Of a DNA stretch of 64,000 bases, positions 1-12,742 are shown piece after piece. The translations under genes and the position numbers were made by a program. Position 1 is the first letter of the stretch, and each line of letters opens with the position of its first letter. Location of the stretch: positions 21,788,094 through 21,852,093 of the forward strand of contig NC_068993.1 in assembly GCF_001194135.2 (NCBI RefSeq), given 5' to 3'. The notes under the pieces were generated by a model that had not been told where the DNA came from, searched no databases, and saw only the letters and a list, made by a program, of their open reading frames with translations. The stretch is from Octopus bimaculoides. Its lineage: Eukaryota.

Positions 1-63
1 TATATATATATATATATATATATATACACGCATACACACATACGCATAATTTTATACAAGGGC

Positions 64-106
<43 letters not shown>

Positions 107-370
107 TTACTAAAGTTTATATTAGGGGGCTGTGAGCTTAATGTTCACGAGCGTGTATATATGATGTTTGAGGGTGTATAAAGTATTATTTTAGTGTAGT
201 TATTAATGGTGTGTGATGTGTATTGTAGAGGTAGACGTGTGCCAAGCAACTTAGTATAGTTGACGGAACTGGTTCCATTTATTAAAGTAGCAGACTCACA
301 GAAGTATCTTAAAGAAAGAAATGCCAGTTTGAAAATATGTGTGTATGTGTGTAAGCCCGTGCATGTGTGT

Positions 371-430
<60 letters not shown>
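1..430. repeat. Microsatellite cluster: (TA)n, (GATA)n and (GT)n
   Basis: Direct reading at 1-26, 64-107 and 365-430. Confidence 0.95.
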
Positions 431-436
<6 letters not shown>

Positions 437-1257
437 CTGTGGGACATCTCATGAGTGGATGTGTTTTGTTTTTTTTCTTCACATCATTGTATATCTCTCT
501 GTATACGTGTATTCGGATAGCTGAATATGTGTGTACGTCTGTGCGCGTGCGTGCGTGCGTATGTATAAGCGTGTGTGCTCGCGCGCGTAAGTTCGCGTAT
601 GTTTGATTGTGGGAGGGATAGGTGTAATTACGTTCTAAAGTTGTTTACGTAACTGAGTATATACGTGTATGCACACATGTAAGTGTATGAGTTCTGTTAT
701 GCATTGAGTATGTTCGTGTTCGAGGAGGGGGAGTATAACTGTTGTGAAGCTTCTCAATGTCTATGTATGCGTCTATATAAGTTGATATGTGTATGTGTGT
801 GTGCGCGTGTAGGACGGTGAGAAAGAGTGAGAGAGATGGGAAGAGGGAGATTGAGAGATGAAGAGTGGGTGACTGAGAGAGAGAGAGAGAGAGTAAGTAT
901 GACAGAGAATAGCAGTGTGTGGGTGCTAGTTTGAATATTGATGTTCCTCTGTAGATGTGTCTATATCTGTGTGTGCGCGCATGCGTATGGCTGTTCCATA
1001 AGAACAAGTAGGTGTGCATTAAGTGTGCATATCTATGAAGATATGGATGTGTACGTGTGTCTGTGTCTTTTATATGACTATGTGAAAGAAAGTGAGTGTG
1101 TGAGAGGAAGAGAGCGAGAGAGTGACAAAGGTGGCGTGTTATACATGACTGTTGCTCTCTCTCTGCGTCTGTGTGTCATTTTATGAATGTGTGCCTGGGT
1201 GAGTAAATGAGCAAAATGGGATGGGTAAAATGACTGACAAACTCTTCATGATTCTAA

Positions 1258-1282
1258 TCACGTGACTCGTTTCATTATAAAG
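1258..1282 (+). promoter_or_regulatory. Candidate core promoter: palindromic E-box TCACGTGA (1258-1265) and TATA box TATAAAG (1276-1282)
   Basis: Both motifs are read directly from the sequence, in unique DNA after a TG/AG-repeat block. A consensus splice donor follows about 175 nt later. The link to the FMRFamide gene is inferred. Confidence 0.4.
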
Positions 1283-1304
1283 CAGGCTGTGTTAGCTTGG
1301 CCAA

Positions 1305-1456
1305 GACAACAACTGCGGAATCTGCCAAGCACAACATCCCAAATACTACTTTTTCCTAATCCTCTTTTCTTCTAGTTGTAATTCATTTTCTTTTTTTTTT
1401 TAAATTATTATTGTTTCTGCAGGACAGACGCTTTACATTTAAGCAGATATCGGCAG
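1305..1456 (+). other. Candidate non-coding first exon (5' UTR) of the FMRFamide gene
   Basis: Starts about 25-30 nt after the TATA box and ends at the donor CAG|GTAAAT (1456/1457). An acceptor-like tttctgcag at 1422 means 1423-1456 could instead be a 34-nt internal exon. Confidence 0.3.
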
Positions 1457-2240
1457 GTAAATCAGGCTCTTCATTTTTTCCTACTTTCACTTTTGTCTCT
1501 CTTACACTGTTTTACATACAAGTTTCTTTATGTTTGGGTTATATGCATTAGTATTCGTTTGTGCCAACATCTATATATATATATATATATATATNNNNNN
1601 NNNNNNNNNNNNNNNNNNNNNNNNNNNNNNNNNNNNNNNNNNNNNNNNNNNNNNNNNNNNNNNNNNNNNNNNNNNNNNNNNNNNNNNNNNNNNNNNNNNN
1701 NNNNNNNNNNNNNNNNNNNNNNNNNNNNNNNNNNNNNNNNNNNNNNNNNNNNNNNNNNNNNNNNNNNNNNNNNNNNNNNNNNNNNNNNNNNNNNNNNNNN
1801 NNNNNNNNNNNNNNNNNNNNNNNNNNNNNNNNNNNNNNNNNNNNNNNNNNNNNNNNNNNNNNNNNNNNNNNNNNNNNNNNNNNNNNNNNNNNNNNNNNNN
1901 NNNNNNNNNNNNNNNNNNNNNNNNNNNNNNNNNNNNNNNNNNNNNNNNNNNNNNNNNNNNNNNNNNNNNNNNNNNNNNNNNNNNNNNNNNNNNNNNNNNN
2001 NNNNNNNNNNNNNNNNNNNNNNNNNNNNNNNNNNNNNNNNNNNNNNNNNNNNNNNNNNNNNNNNNNNNNNNNNNNNNNNNNNNNNNNNNNNNNNNNNNNN
2101 NNNNNNNNNNNNNNNNNNNNNNNNNNNNNNNNNNNNNNNNNNNNGTATGTATATATATATTCATGCACACAAACACACATATATATATACACACACATAT
2201 ATATACATATATAGTGCGAGTATGTATGTATGTATGTATG

Positions 2241-2274
<34 letters not shown>

Positions 2275-2987
2275 TGTATGTATGCATGTATGTATGTATG
2301 TATGTGTGCATCCATGCTTTCATTTTTTAAAGTTCAAACATCTAACGGAGGCCGTTGAATAAAGAACTTTGAATAAAGAATAAAGAGTAATATTTCTGCT
2401 GAAGTTTAGATTATGCAATCAATAGATATATATGCTGAAATTAAGTGCGGTTTTATGAATTTATAATTGCTGTTATATTTACAGATGTAACTTTGTCATT
2501 ATTGCTTACAATTTACTATTTACTTCTTTATTGGTAAACATCTGTACGTTTCATGGTATAATAAGATGTTTCAACCATTGGCTTATAAATCTGAGCCCAG
2601 AATCAAAGCACGAGTGCTGCACATAGTTGTGTCTCAATAGGTCACTCTCCTTACTTGTAAACTATATTAAATAAAAATGACAATATTTAATGTGTGTATC
2701 TTTATGTACGAACGTATGTTTACTTGACGTGTGTACATATGTTAATATCAATATATACGCATATTCTATTTGAAAAATACATGAGTAGCTCCGTTTGGAG
2801 AGATCAACACCGAAAAATCTTTCATAGTAATGACTATTTTCTATGGCAAGTTGATGCTGAACTACTTAAGTGTTTTGTTTAACCATATGTACACAGATAA
2901 ATGTATGTACTCTTTTCCTTCTTTCCGGAAGTACATACATAAATGTATGTGCTTCATTTTCCTCTCTCCGGAATTTCCCAACGCCTC

Positions 2988-3020
2988 TTTCTGACGAAGA
3001 GCCGTACTCGAAACGTCACA
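2988..3020 (+). ncRNA. Minimal Type I hammerhead ribozyme motif with a weak stem I, inside an interspersed repeat
   Basis: The sequence reads ttt-CTGACGA-A-GAG(ccgta)CTC-GAAA-CGT-C-aca. It has an intact core, an extra A after A9, an ACGT palindromic stem III and a GTC triplet. Stem I pairs at only 2 of 3 positions. Confidence 0.5.
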
Positions 3021-3108
3021 ACCTTCTTTTCATCTTAAACTGGGCTTCAACCTACTACATTCACAATGTTCGTCCTTTTGATTTTTGTTATTTGTGTTTT
3101 TACTTTTG

Positions 3109-4017
3109 NNNNNNNNNNNNNNNNNNNNNNNNNNNNNNNNNNNNNNNNNNNNNNNNNNNNNNNNNNNNNNNNNNNNNNNNNNNNNNNNNNNNNNNNNNNN
3201 NNNNNNNNNNNNNNNNNNNNNNNNNNNNNNNNNNNNNNNNNNNNNNNNNNNNNNNNNNNNNNNNNNNNNNNNNNNNNNNNNNNNNNNNNNNNNNNNNNNN
3301 NNNNNNNNNNNNNNNNNNNNNNNNNNNNNNNNNNNNNNNNNNNNNNNNNNNNNNNNNNNNNNNNNNNNNNNNNNNNNNNNNNNNNNNNNNNNNNNNNNNN
3401 NNNNNNNNNNNNNNNNNNNNNNNNNNNNNNNNNNNNNNNNNNNNNNNNNNNNNNNNNNNNNNNNNNNNNNNNNNNNNNNNNNNNNNNNNNNNNNNNNNNN
3501 NNNNNNNNNNNNNNNNNNNNNNNNNNNNNNNNNNNNNNNNNNNNNNNNNNNNNNNNNNNNNNNNNNNNNNNNNNNNNNNNNNNNNNNNNNNNNNNNNNNN
3601 NNNNNNNNNNNNNNNNNNNNNNNNNNNNNNNNNNNNNNNNNNNNNNNNNNNNNNNNNNNNNNNNNNNNNNNNNNNNNNNNNNNNNNNNNNNNNNNNNNNN
3701 NNNNNNNNNNNNNNNNNNNNNNNNNNNNNNNNNNNNNNNNNNNNNNNNNNNNNNNNNNNNNNNNNNNNNNNNNNNNNNNNNNNNNNNNNNNNNNNNNNNN
3801 NNNNNNNNNNNNNNNNNNNNNNNNNNNNNNNNNNNNNNNNNNNNNNNNNNNNNNNNNNNNNNNNNNNNNNNNNNNNNNNNNNNNNNNNNNNNNNNNNNNN
3901 NNNNNNNNNNNNNNNNNNNNNNNNNNNNNNNNNNNNNNNNNNNNNNNNNNNNNNNNNNNNNNNNNNNNNNNNNNNNNNNNNNNNNNNNNNNNNNNNNNNN
4001 NNNNNNNNNNNNNNNNN
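3109..4017. other. Largest assembly gap. Other gaps are at 1595-2144, 10898-11158, 13235-13592, 24798-24857, 27943-28587, 44277-44339 and 49038-49210, plus several 10-12 N gaps.
   Basis: Runs of N, mostly bounded by (TA)n or (CA)n. Confidence 0.99.
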
Positions 4018-5598
4018 GTTACTTGCACTGTTTTGCTTTGTAGTTTTCTTTTCTTTTCTCTTCATTTGCTATGCATAACTTCACTTTTGCCGGTTTATTT
4101 ATTAAAAATTACTTCTCTAGTTATGAGAATGTTCTGAATTTGAAAAAGCATTACTTATGTTTAGTATAAGTAAAACATGATCGTAGATGATTTAATTTTA
4201 ACGTAAAATATGTGCGACTATCGATAATAATTCTAAATATTTTAGCGAGAAAAGAAGTAACAAAATGACATCAAACCCGAATAATTCTCATATTACAGCC
4301 CGAGTTCCGAAAATGAATTTGTTTTATTTTCGTATCAAAGTGCACCATGATGTGTATCAACATTCATGGAAACCCGTTAAAGTTACTTTTCTTTGGTAAC
4401 GATAACCAGCTTACGTCTGCCTTGAAAAAAAAAATTCCAAACAAACTTAACGAGTTAATTTTAACTGCATCTCATCTCATCCAGTGACAATTTTGACCCA
4501 AACAAATTTTACTCTTCAGTAATACTGAGAATATGAGATCCTGATATTTCAGAAATGTCTGTTAGGTTATGTTGACAGCTTGTCTAGAATTTTTCTTGTT
4601 GGATTGATGATTTCCTGAAGTATACATAGCCATTTTTAACGCAAGATTTGCATGAGACTCTTCAAATATTCGTTTAGCTGTTAATGCTTTGGTTATTGTA
4701 GTTAGATTTTTCTCTGCCAACATAGATGATGTTGTAGTTCTTGTCCCTTAGATGCATCGATCGGCCCGTAAACGCTAGTAATTCTCTCAAGATTTTCGAT
4801 CCATTTAACCAATCACCCTCTTTTCTATAACAACCAGCTACTGATTCGTCTATTCTGGAAAACGACCTTTAAAAATAAGTCTCTAATTTCTGTAATGACT
4901 TGCAAGATGTTTACATGTGTTGTTGCTTTTTTTAAATGATTTTTTGTCTCTATTCTTGGCTTCTTGTTGGCAACAAAAATTATCTGACGAGTGAAACAGC
5001 AAACTCTTATATTGAATGCAAATCCATAATGTATTCGAAAATTTCTTTTAGTAGATTATGAAGTCTATTTCTCTGCAAAATTTCAACATCAGAATATTAA
5101 CTTAAGATTACAATTGTTAATAATTTACAACATCCACCGACATTCCATAAAGTGGAGAATATATACCTCAATAGGACTGTCGGTGGTCCTGTGAATTCGA
5201 ACACAAAGGAAGTGAAGAAAATATGATGACAGAATAACTTGCGTATGCACAGATCCATGCTAATATTAAAACATATATGTACATAAACAAAAGCATTTGC
5301 ACTCCTAGATAGGATAAACATTTTGAAGAACTGTTAGATATTGACAAAGAAAGTCAGAATCTAACAACATGCTGCAATTTCAATCTTTAAATATTTAACG
5401 AAGCTTTGAAATTATGCTAAAATTTTTAAAATTGTCATGTAAAAAGTTTGTTGTTTTGACAGAAATTACAATCATGGCAAAATATATTTCAGTAAAGAAA
5501 GATTTTTGAAGTGATAGACAGTATGTACCATCCCTATTTCATATGAAATATACGTGCTCATACACGCCCAAACACATGCACACTCGCATATTTACATC

Positions 5599-5722
<124 letters not shown>

Positions 5723-8700
5723 CTACACCTTATACTTGCGCTAATGCTACCTGTAAACTTATTGAAAACGTTAAGGCTATTTTCCCGTTGTAACTGATCC
5801 TAAATACTAGATCTTGGTTAAGAAATAACAAAAACACTTTTGATACTTCTCAAATTGCGCCCACGGTTGAATGCCAGATAGCTAGGAACATTACAAGCTT
5901 CAAGCCAATCAAAATCTGTAATAATTTGCATTCGTACATCTTATATTCAATGGTTATTTGTTTCATATTTACACAATAGATCTGTTCTTTCACCTTATTG
6001 TTGCTCTATAATCGGTAACGTTAAAATCGGGAGGTTTCTGAAGGCAAAGTTGATGCAGAGGTTATTGTATTAACTTTTTTCTTCTTTGATTTTACTGTTT
6101 ATTCTGTCGTATATATCCTACCAACTGAACACACACACACACACACACGCGCACACACATCAATACACACACACACACACACGCACACACACACACACAA
6201 ATACACACACGCACCACACACACATGTATATATATATGTGTGTGTACCTGTGTGTGTGTACCTGTGTGTGTGTGCCTGTGTGTGTGTTTGTCTCTCATGT
6301 TAACTGAATCTTACACTACAAATATGTATAAATAATGATAATAATAGCAAAGAACTACAGCAGCTTATTCAAATACAAAAAATAACAGTGAAATGCATCA
6401 CTAATTAGAATAGACTATTCTTGGTAGTAGTAACATCTTATGATTTTCATTTATCTCTGTTCCCAATTAGTCATGTTCCTATCTCCCTGAAAGTCTTTAA
6501 ATGTGATTTCCAAAATTCGGAATCTGATTCCGCTGAAGGCATAGACTGTTACCATAGCTGTATGTCATTTATATGTACTTTATATGAGCCAGCGTAAGTT
6601 TACATTATAAACCCTTTGGCTCTCGAGTATGCTTCAGCGAGCGCAATTTCATTTGACATAAAAGTGTTTTGTGATAACTGGCAACGTTATATTTTTTGCC
6701 TGTCGCAGACACAAAACCTTGAAGCGACCCGACTTCTTGTCATCTAGGCCTATATACAAATGAAATCACGCTCGTTAAATTCGGACTCCTGGATTCAAAG
6801 ATTTAAAATGAAATCTCAAACAGTTTTCAAATAAAATTTTCTGTTTCAATTTATAGCCTATTTTACGGTATTTAGACTACTTTACTGTATTTAGCTCATC
6901 AGAAGATTATACTGTGAATTACATTTTCTTAAATATTAAATGTTATAAAAGGTGAGTCCAAACGTAATGCACAAAATAATTAACAAGCCCTTAGATTTTG
7001 AGCTGTTCAGGTTCTGTATCAGATTGAGATTTAGATTTTGTAATATCATTTACTTTTTAAAACTTAACTAAATATTCATTAAAATGATTATAGATAGTTT
7101 CATAATTTCATTAGTTTTCGTCTTCTAACCATAGTACAATCCCATGCGATCGAGGTTATGCTGGAGGTTTTCTTGAATTTAATTTATTTCTAATATTTGT
7201 TTTTTTTTTATATCCTCACTGCATTCTTTTCACTATATTTTTCAAGTTCTATAACTGTTGATATTGATTTATTTTTGGCTAGTCTGTTGTATGAACGTAT
7301 AAAAAGTTCAGCAATTATATACCCTAGTATGTATCCCATTAAACAATATCTTTATCTCACAGTTTCAAAATTTATCGCATTATTTTAGAATCAAATACTG
7401 TTTAGGTACTATTGTATATTCCCGTATATTCAATTATGCACTGACGCTCACCTCATAAGTTTTGTGTTCATCTCCACCTGTCAGTGTTTAATAACCTATT
7501 TTATATAACACTCTGTGACAGAAAAAATACTGTATTTCATTCTTGGTATGAAAAACTATGAAGGTGATAATATTTCCTATCCTTAAGTGAGGAACTATTT
7601 TGCTGAAAAATAGTTAATATATACTCAGTTAAATGTATAGTTGTACAGTAGATTAAAAACAGAAATGCTCATGCGAAAGTCTAAATCAGCTAAGCATAGC
7701 TGTACAAGTTACTTTATTATTGAATAGGAGACGGGCGAAGTCACTCATTTTAAAATAAAAGCCTTGAGAACGAATATGCCACTTAACTGCGAAAGATTTG
7801 GATAATTTTATAGTTTTGCAAAGGAGGCTGAATATGTATTGCAATTCCGAACCGCAGTTTCATATGGTTGATCGGCCAATCAGTTCAGCATTGGCAAGAA
7901 ATAATTTCATTCAAAGTGATGTAATTATATGTTTGCTATTTGTTATGAATCAAAGGTAACTTCATGAACATCTTAAGTGAGAACGTAGGCATGTGTCACA
8001 TAGTAAAAGTAGTTTCTTCTCATATAAAACTTGGGTGGTATGATGAGCGGCAAAGGGGTTCTCTCTATATAAAAAGAGAAATGTTTTTGACCTGCTCTTT
8101 CACATGTATTTAACACTACTTATAAGATACAGCTGGTCGTTCTTATTTCACATCCTATTACAAAATGTGCTGCTAAGATGATATTGTTAGTTTGAATAAC
8201 AAAATAGGAAGGAGTGTGATGCTAGTGATAGGGATTTTAAGAAGTTCCTTAACTTATTGTTTCTTTTTACTTTGTTAATACTTATGGCGATATCAATTAA
8301 CTACTCAATTTTTGTTTTCGCTAATCTATTTTTCTTTAGTAATCAAGTTTTATGACTGTAAAATTTTTTGTCGCTTCATTTTTATATAATTTCAGTTGTA
8401 GTATTTTTTTATAATAGCTATTTTTTGTATCAACATTTTTTCCGTAATTGTACCTCAGATTAAAGCTCAAGAAATGTTTTGCAGCATGATTTTCTGTTCT
8501 TTCACAGTAATGTTGCACAGAGGGTTCTACCATATAACACTTATTTTCCTAGCACTGTTATCGTTGTTGTTAAATGGTGTTTGTGATTACTTTATTCTTT
8601 CTTGATATAACAGTATTCTTCAGATATTATACCTAATAACTTGATCTTTATTTGAAAAACTTATTATTTCGATGTGTGTTTGGATTGTGCAGGCACATAA

Positions 8701-9529
8701 GGTATATTTTTTTTATTTGAAAGAGCACAGTTTGCACTGACTCACACGGTTAGAAATCATGAATCCACATGCCAGAATCCTGCTCCAAGATCATTAAAAA
8801 AAAATTCGAGTTTGAAGGACATGAATAAATGTACAAACACGCATACACTTCCCTCAATTTCTCAATACTGTCATCAAAGTTATGTTGTTTATGTATGTTT
8901 ATGTGTCTTTGTATGTATGTATGTATGTGTGTATATAATATTCTCTCAATATTTTCTCTTTATTAACAACTGTTTCTGTCTTATTATCTTTCTCTCAGTG
9001 TGTGTGTGTATGTGTGTGCGTGTGTGTGTGCGTGCGTGGGAGTACGTGTGTATGCCTATGGGCGTAGGAGAATGTTTAGAATTTTCGTTTCAAGCTCATA
9101 AGTTCCTTGATTCGATTTGTGTGATTCTCATTTTGGATGAATATCTAACGGCAAGGCATTTGTATCGCACAAAATTGGATTGACAGAAACTATTTTGAGA
9201 TACATCAGATGGATTCTGCCTGTGAGTCCACAGTCCAGTCTATGACACACTGTGCCATGCTGAGTCTATATCAATAATTACATTAACGATACAAACGTGT
9301 CTAGGACATTCAAGGACTGACAGTGTAATATAATGAAAAAGTCCCCTTGTTAGAGCAACTGTGATAGTATAGAAAATTATTCGAAATCCATCTGTATAAA
9401 TATATATACCGATGCATATATGCACGAATGTAAGTAGATATAGAATGCAAATATGTATCTCTCCTTGTCTATATAGCTGCTTCTTTTCGTAAAATACAGT
9501 AAAACTTGTGAAAAAGCAAAACATAAAGA

Positions 9530-10370
9530 ACACAGAAGGAAAGTAGGAAAGAAGGATATAACATAAAAAATATTTTGAGAAGATTACAAAACAAATGAAT
9601 AAAAGGGAAACTGTGTTAATTATAAAATTATTTTATAATTAAAAGATCTTTAAATAATCAAGGAAAACGTAGAGTGACACGGAGAGTGTAAGAGCGGGAG
9701 ATTGATAGACAGGGATAGAGAGATAATGGGAAAGTGGTGGGTGTGAGAAATCAGATAATAGCACATGTACCAAAAAGAGAAGAACAGAAGAGGCATATAA
9801 AGTAATTCAGAAGTCTACGAAATGATGTCGATAAATGATAGAATGAAAGTGTGAGGGGAAGAAATCAGTAACAAGGAAGGAAAAATAAGAAAGAACAAAA
9901 GAAAAACAAACGAACTGGTTAAGAAAAGAAGAAATAAAACAAAAATATACGAAAGAAAATGTTAGTGAATGGAAGAACGAAAGCAAAATCCATTAGATGG
10001 AGTGAGAGAAAGACAAATAGAGGGAAAGGGAAAGAATGAGAGAAATATAGGTAGAGGGAAAGAAAGAGAGAGAGAAAAGTATGTGAGATAGAGAAAAATA
10101 AGAAATAAATGTAAAGATGAACGCAAAGACAAAAAGGAAGAGAGAAAGAAGCAGATGAGGAAGAAAACGATGAAACAGAACAAAAACTCGTTGCATTAAA
10201 GAAAGAAACATTTAGAATAGAAGAAAAAACTAAGAAAAAATACAGAGAAAAAGTAAGAAAGAAAGAACTGATTGATTACGGTGTTACAAAAATAGAGAAA
10301 ATCGAAACAACGAGAAACTAAGGCAGAAATTGGCATAGAAGAAATACAGCATGATAAGTGAAAGAGTAGG
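9530..10370 (+). repeat. Purine-skewed (A/G-rich) low-complexity tract of about 840 bp
   Basis: Dominated by AAAG, AGA and GAA words, with very few C. Confidence 0.7.
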
Positions 10371-10734
10371 TTGGGTTTACAAATGAAGAAGCCTAGATAG
10401 GCGTTAACAAAACCTGTCTTATCAATAAGGTTTCCGTAGCTCGTCCTATGACTCCATCTAGGAAAATATGTAAATACCAACCCATTTATTTCATTACGTA
10501 TAATAAACATGATACTAGAAATGCACCTAAATTTACCACGACATTAAATCTTTGCTCAATTAATATTTGTACCTTGATATATTTTCTACACGTCATTCCA
10601 TTAGATATATTATTATCTTAAAGAAATTTAATTAATGTGTATCACGCTGAGCCCAAAGAAATGTTAGTATTATATCCACTAATATATATATATATATTTA
10701 GATCAATAATGTACAAGTATGTGAGTGTATAAAA

Positions 10735-10872
10735 AGACTCACGGTTTGGTTGTGTAGTTAGGCGTTTATTCCCCAAACACACGGGTTCCGCTCTACTGTG
10801 TGCAAACTATAGGAGGTGTCTTCTACTATACCCTCAGGTTGACTGAAAACTCATAATTTAAAAGTCCGTCAT
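10735..10872 (+). mobile_element. SINE family A, degenerate 5' half
   Basis: Contains gggttccgctc and gtgtcttctactataccctc, and ends at the (CA)n/gap. Confidence 0.5.
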
Positions 10873-11158
10873 AGACACACACACACACACACACACANNN
10901 NNNNNNNNNNNNNNNNNNNNNNNNNNNNNNNNNNNNNNNNNNNNNNNNNNNNNNNNNNNNNNNNNNNNNNNNNNNNNNNNNNNNNNNNNNNNNNNNNNNN
11001 NNNNNNNNNNNNNNNNNNNNNNNNNNNNNNNNNNNNNNNNNNNNNNNNNNNNNNNNNNNNNNNNNNNNNNNNNNNNNNNNNNNNNNNNNNNNNNNNNNNN
11101 NNNNNNNNNNNNNNNNNNNNNNNNNNNNNNNNNNNNNNNNNNNNNNNNNNNNNNNNNN

Positions 11159-11195
<37 letters not shown>

Positions 11196-11239
11196 CACAC
11201 ACATATAACTCTTTAACTATTAACTAATTTCAGCTCGAG

Positions 11240-12250
11240 AGGTGCAGCTATGCTAGGGTCCCACCGTTAGCTTTGCTTCACGTTCACTACTTGAAGCCTC
11301 CTCTGGTACATGGCATTTGGTGAATGAGGAAGTCTGATGCCGTTGCCCTCATCTGTGTTTCCTGCCAAGAAATAGGCTCATCCGGAATCCTTGACAGGAG
11401 GAGATCCAGTTTCATTTTGAAAACATCTACAACCACAGCATGCAGTCTTGGGCCTTTGAAATCTGTGGGTCTTTGAAATCCAAAGAGCCGTGGGCCTTTG
11501 AAATCCAAGCTGTTACAGTATTTGGGCCTGTATCTCGAAGGCGATGCTGGTATCTTTGTCATTATGCAGTGGCGCCCTGTTCTGCTGTTTATTTAGCTTT
11601 CAATGCCAATGTTTGGTACATGTACTTTTAGTACTTTCCTCTGTATGCCACTGCATATTCTTTCGCGCCTACGTTCTAAGGAGTAGAATATTGACTTTTT
11701 CAGACAATTCCAGTAGCTGACACTTTGAATTCAGACAATCATTTTTGTGTAGCTTCGCTGGATTGCCTCAAATTTCGCCATTATTCTTATACTGTGTAGT
11801 GGCCATATTTGGGAGCAGTAATCTAAACGGCTGATAAAATATGTCCTCCAGAGGAGCATCATGGCTTCCTGCTCTCTCCGTCTCAAAGTCTGAAGAGTCC
11901 ATCAGGCCAGCCAACTTCGTAATAGGCATCATTACTCATGTCCATTCTCAGGGCATGCACTTATTTTGATTCGGGATTTCAGTCCCCCCCCCCNNNNNNN
12001 NNNNNCCCCCCCCCGGGCCAATATATACTGTCTGCACTTCATTGAGCTTTGCAAACTGATAGCGCTTGGCTTGAAATTTCTTTCAGCATTCAAATGTATG
12101 TTATTTTTAGCTCAGCCCCCCTGAATATTGCGTCCAATTCCTGTTGCAGTTGCGTACATTTTCGTGGGTTCTGTATCCTCTGACAGGCTTTTGCATCATC
12201 AACATAGATAACAAGGGTGGCTACCTGAGCAGCTCAGGGCATATCTGAGA
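11240..12250 (-). mobile_element. CR1/L2-group LINE, decayed 3' part of ORF2 (RT and C-terminus)
   Basis: The minus strand gives YVDDAKV at 12195-12206 (YADD motif), then LQQELDAI and KKFQAKRY. The C-terminus reads CNSLDFKGPRL...VDVFKMKLDLLLSRIPDEP. Stops and frameshifts are present. Confidence 0.8.
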
Positions 12251-12418
12251 GGGACATTACGAATAACAGTGGCCTAAAGAGGAGATGAATATATGTCTGT
12301 TCGTATGTATACCACACGCGCACACACACGCACATACGCACACATACATACATTCACACATATATACATTCAAGCATACATACATACGTACAATTGCATA
12401 CACACACATACGTAGGTA

Positions 12419-12451
<33 letters not shown>

Positions 12452-12464
12452 GCATATATATATA

Positions 12465-12512
<48 letters not shown>

Positions 12513-12544
12513 CTGTATGTGAGCATGTATGTCTGTATTTGTGC

Positions 12545-12742
12545 CTGAGCTTGTTCTCCACCACCGCTTGATAACCAATGTTGTACTTACGTCCTATAAG
12601 CGGTTCGGCAAAAAATCCGACTGAATAAGTACCAGGCTTTAAAAAAATGATCTTGAGAGTCAATTTATTCGCCTAAAACCCTTGAAGGTGGGGCCTCACC
12701 ATAGCCACAGTCAAATAATAGATACTATTAAAAGATGAAAGA
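12545..12742 (+). mobile_element. SINE family A, 3' half
   Basis: The block ccaccaccgcttgataacc...gcggttcggcaaaa...aataagtaccaggct matches the 3' halves at 26.3 and 58.0 kb. Confidence 0.65.
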
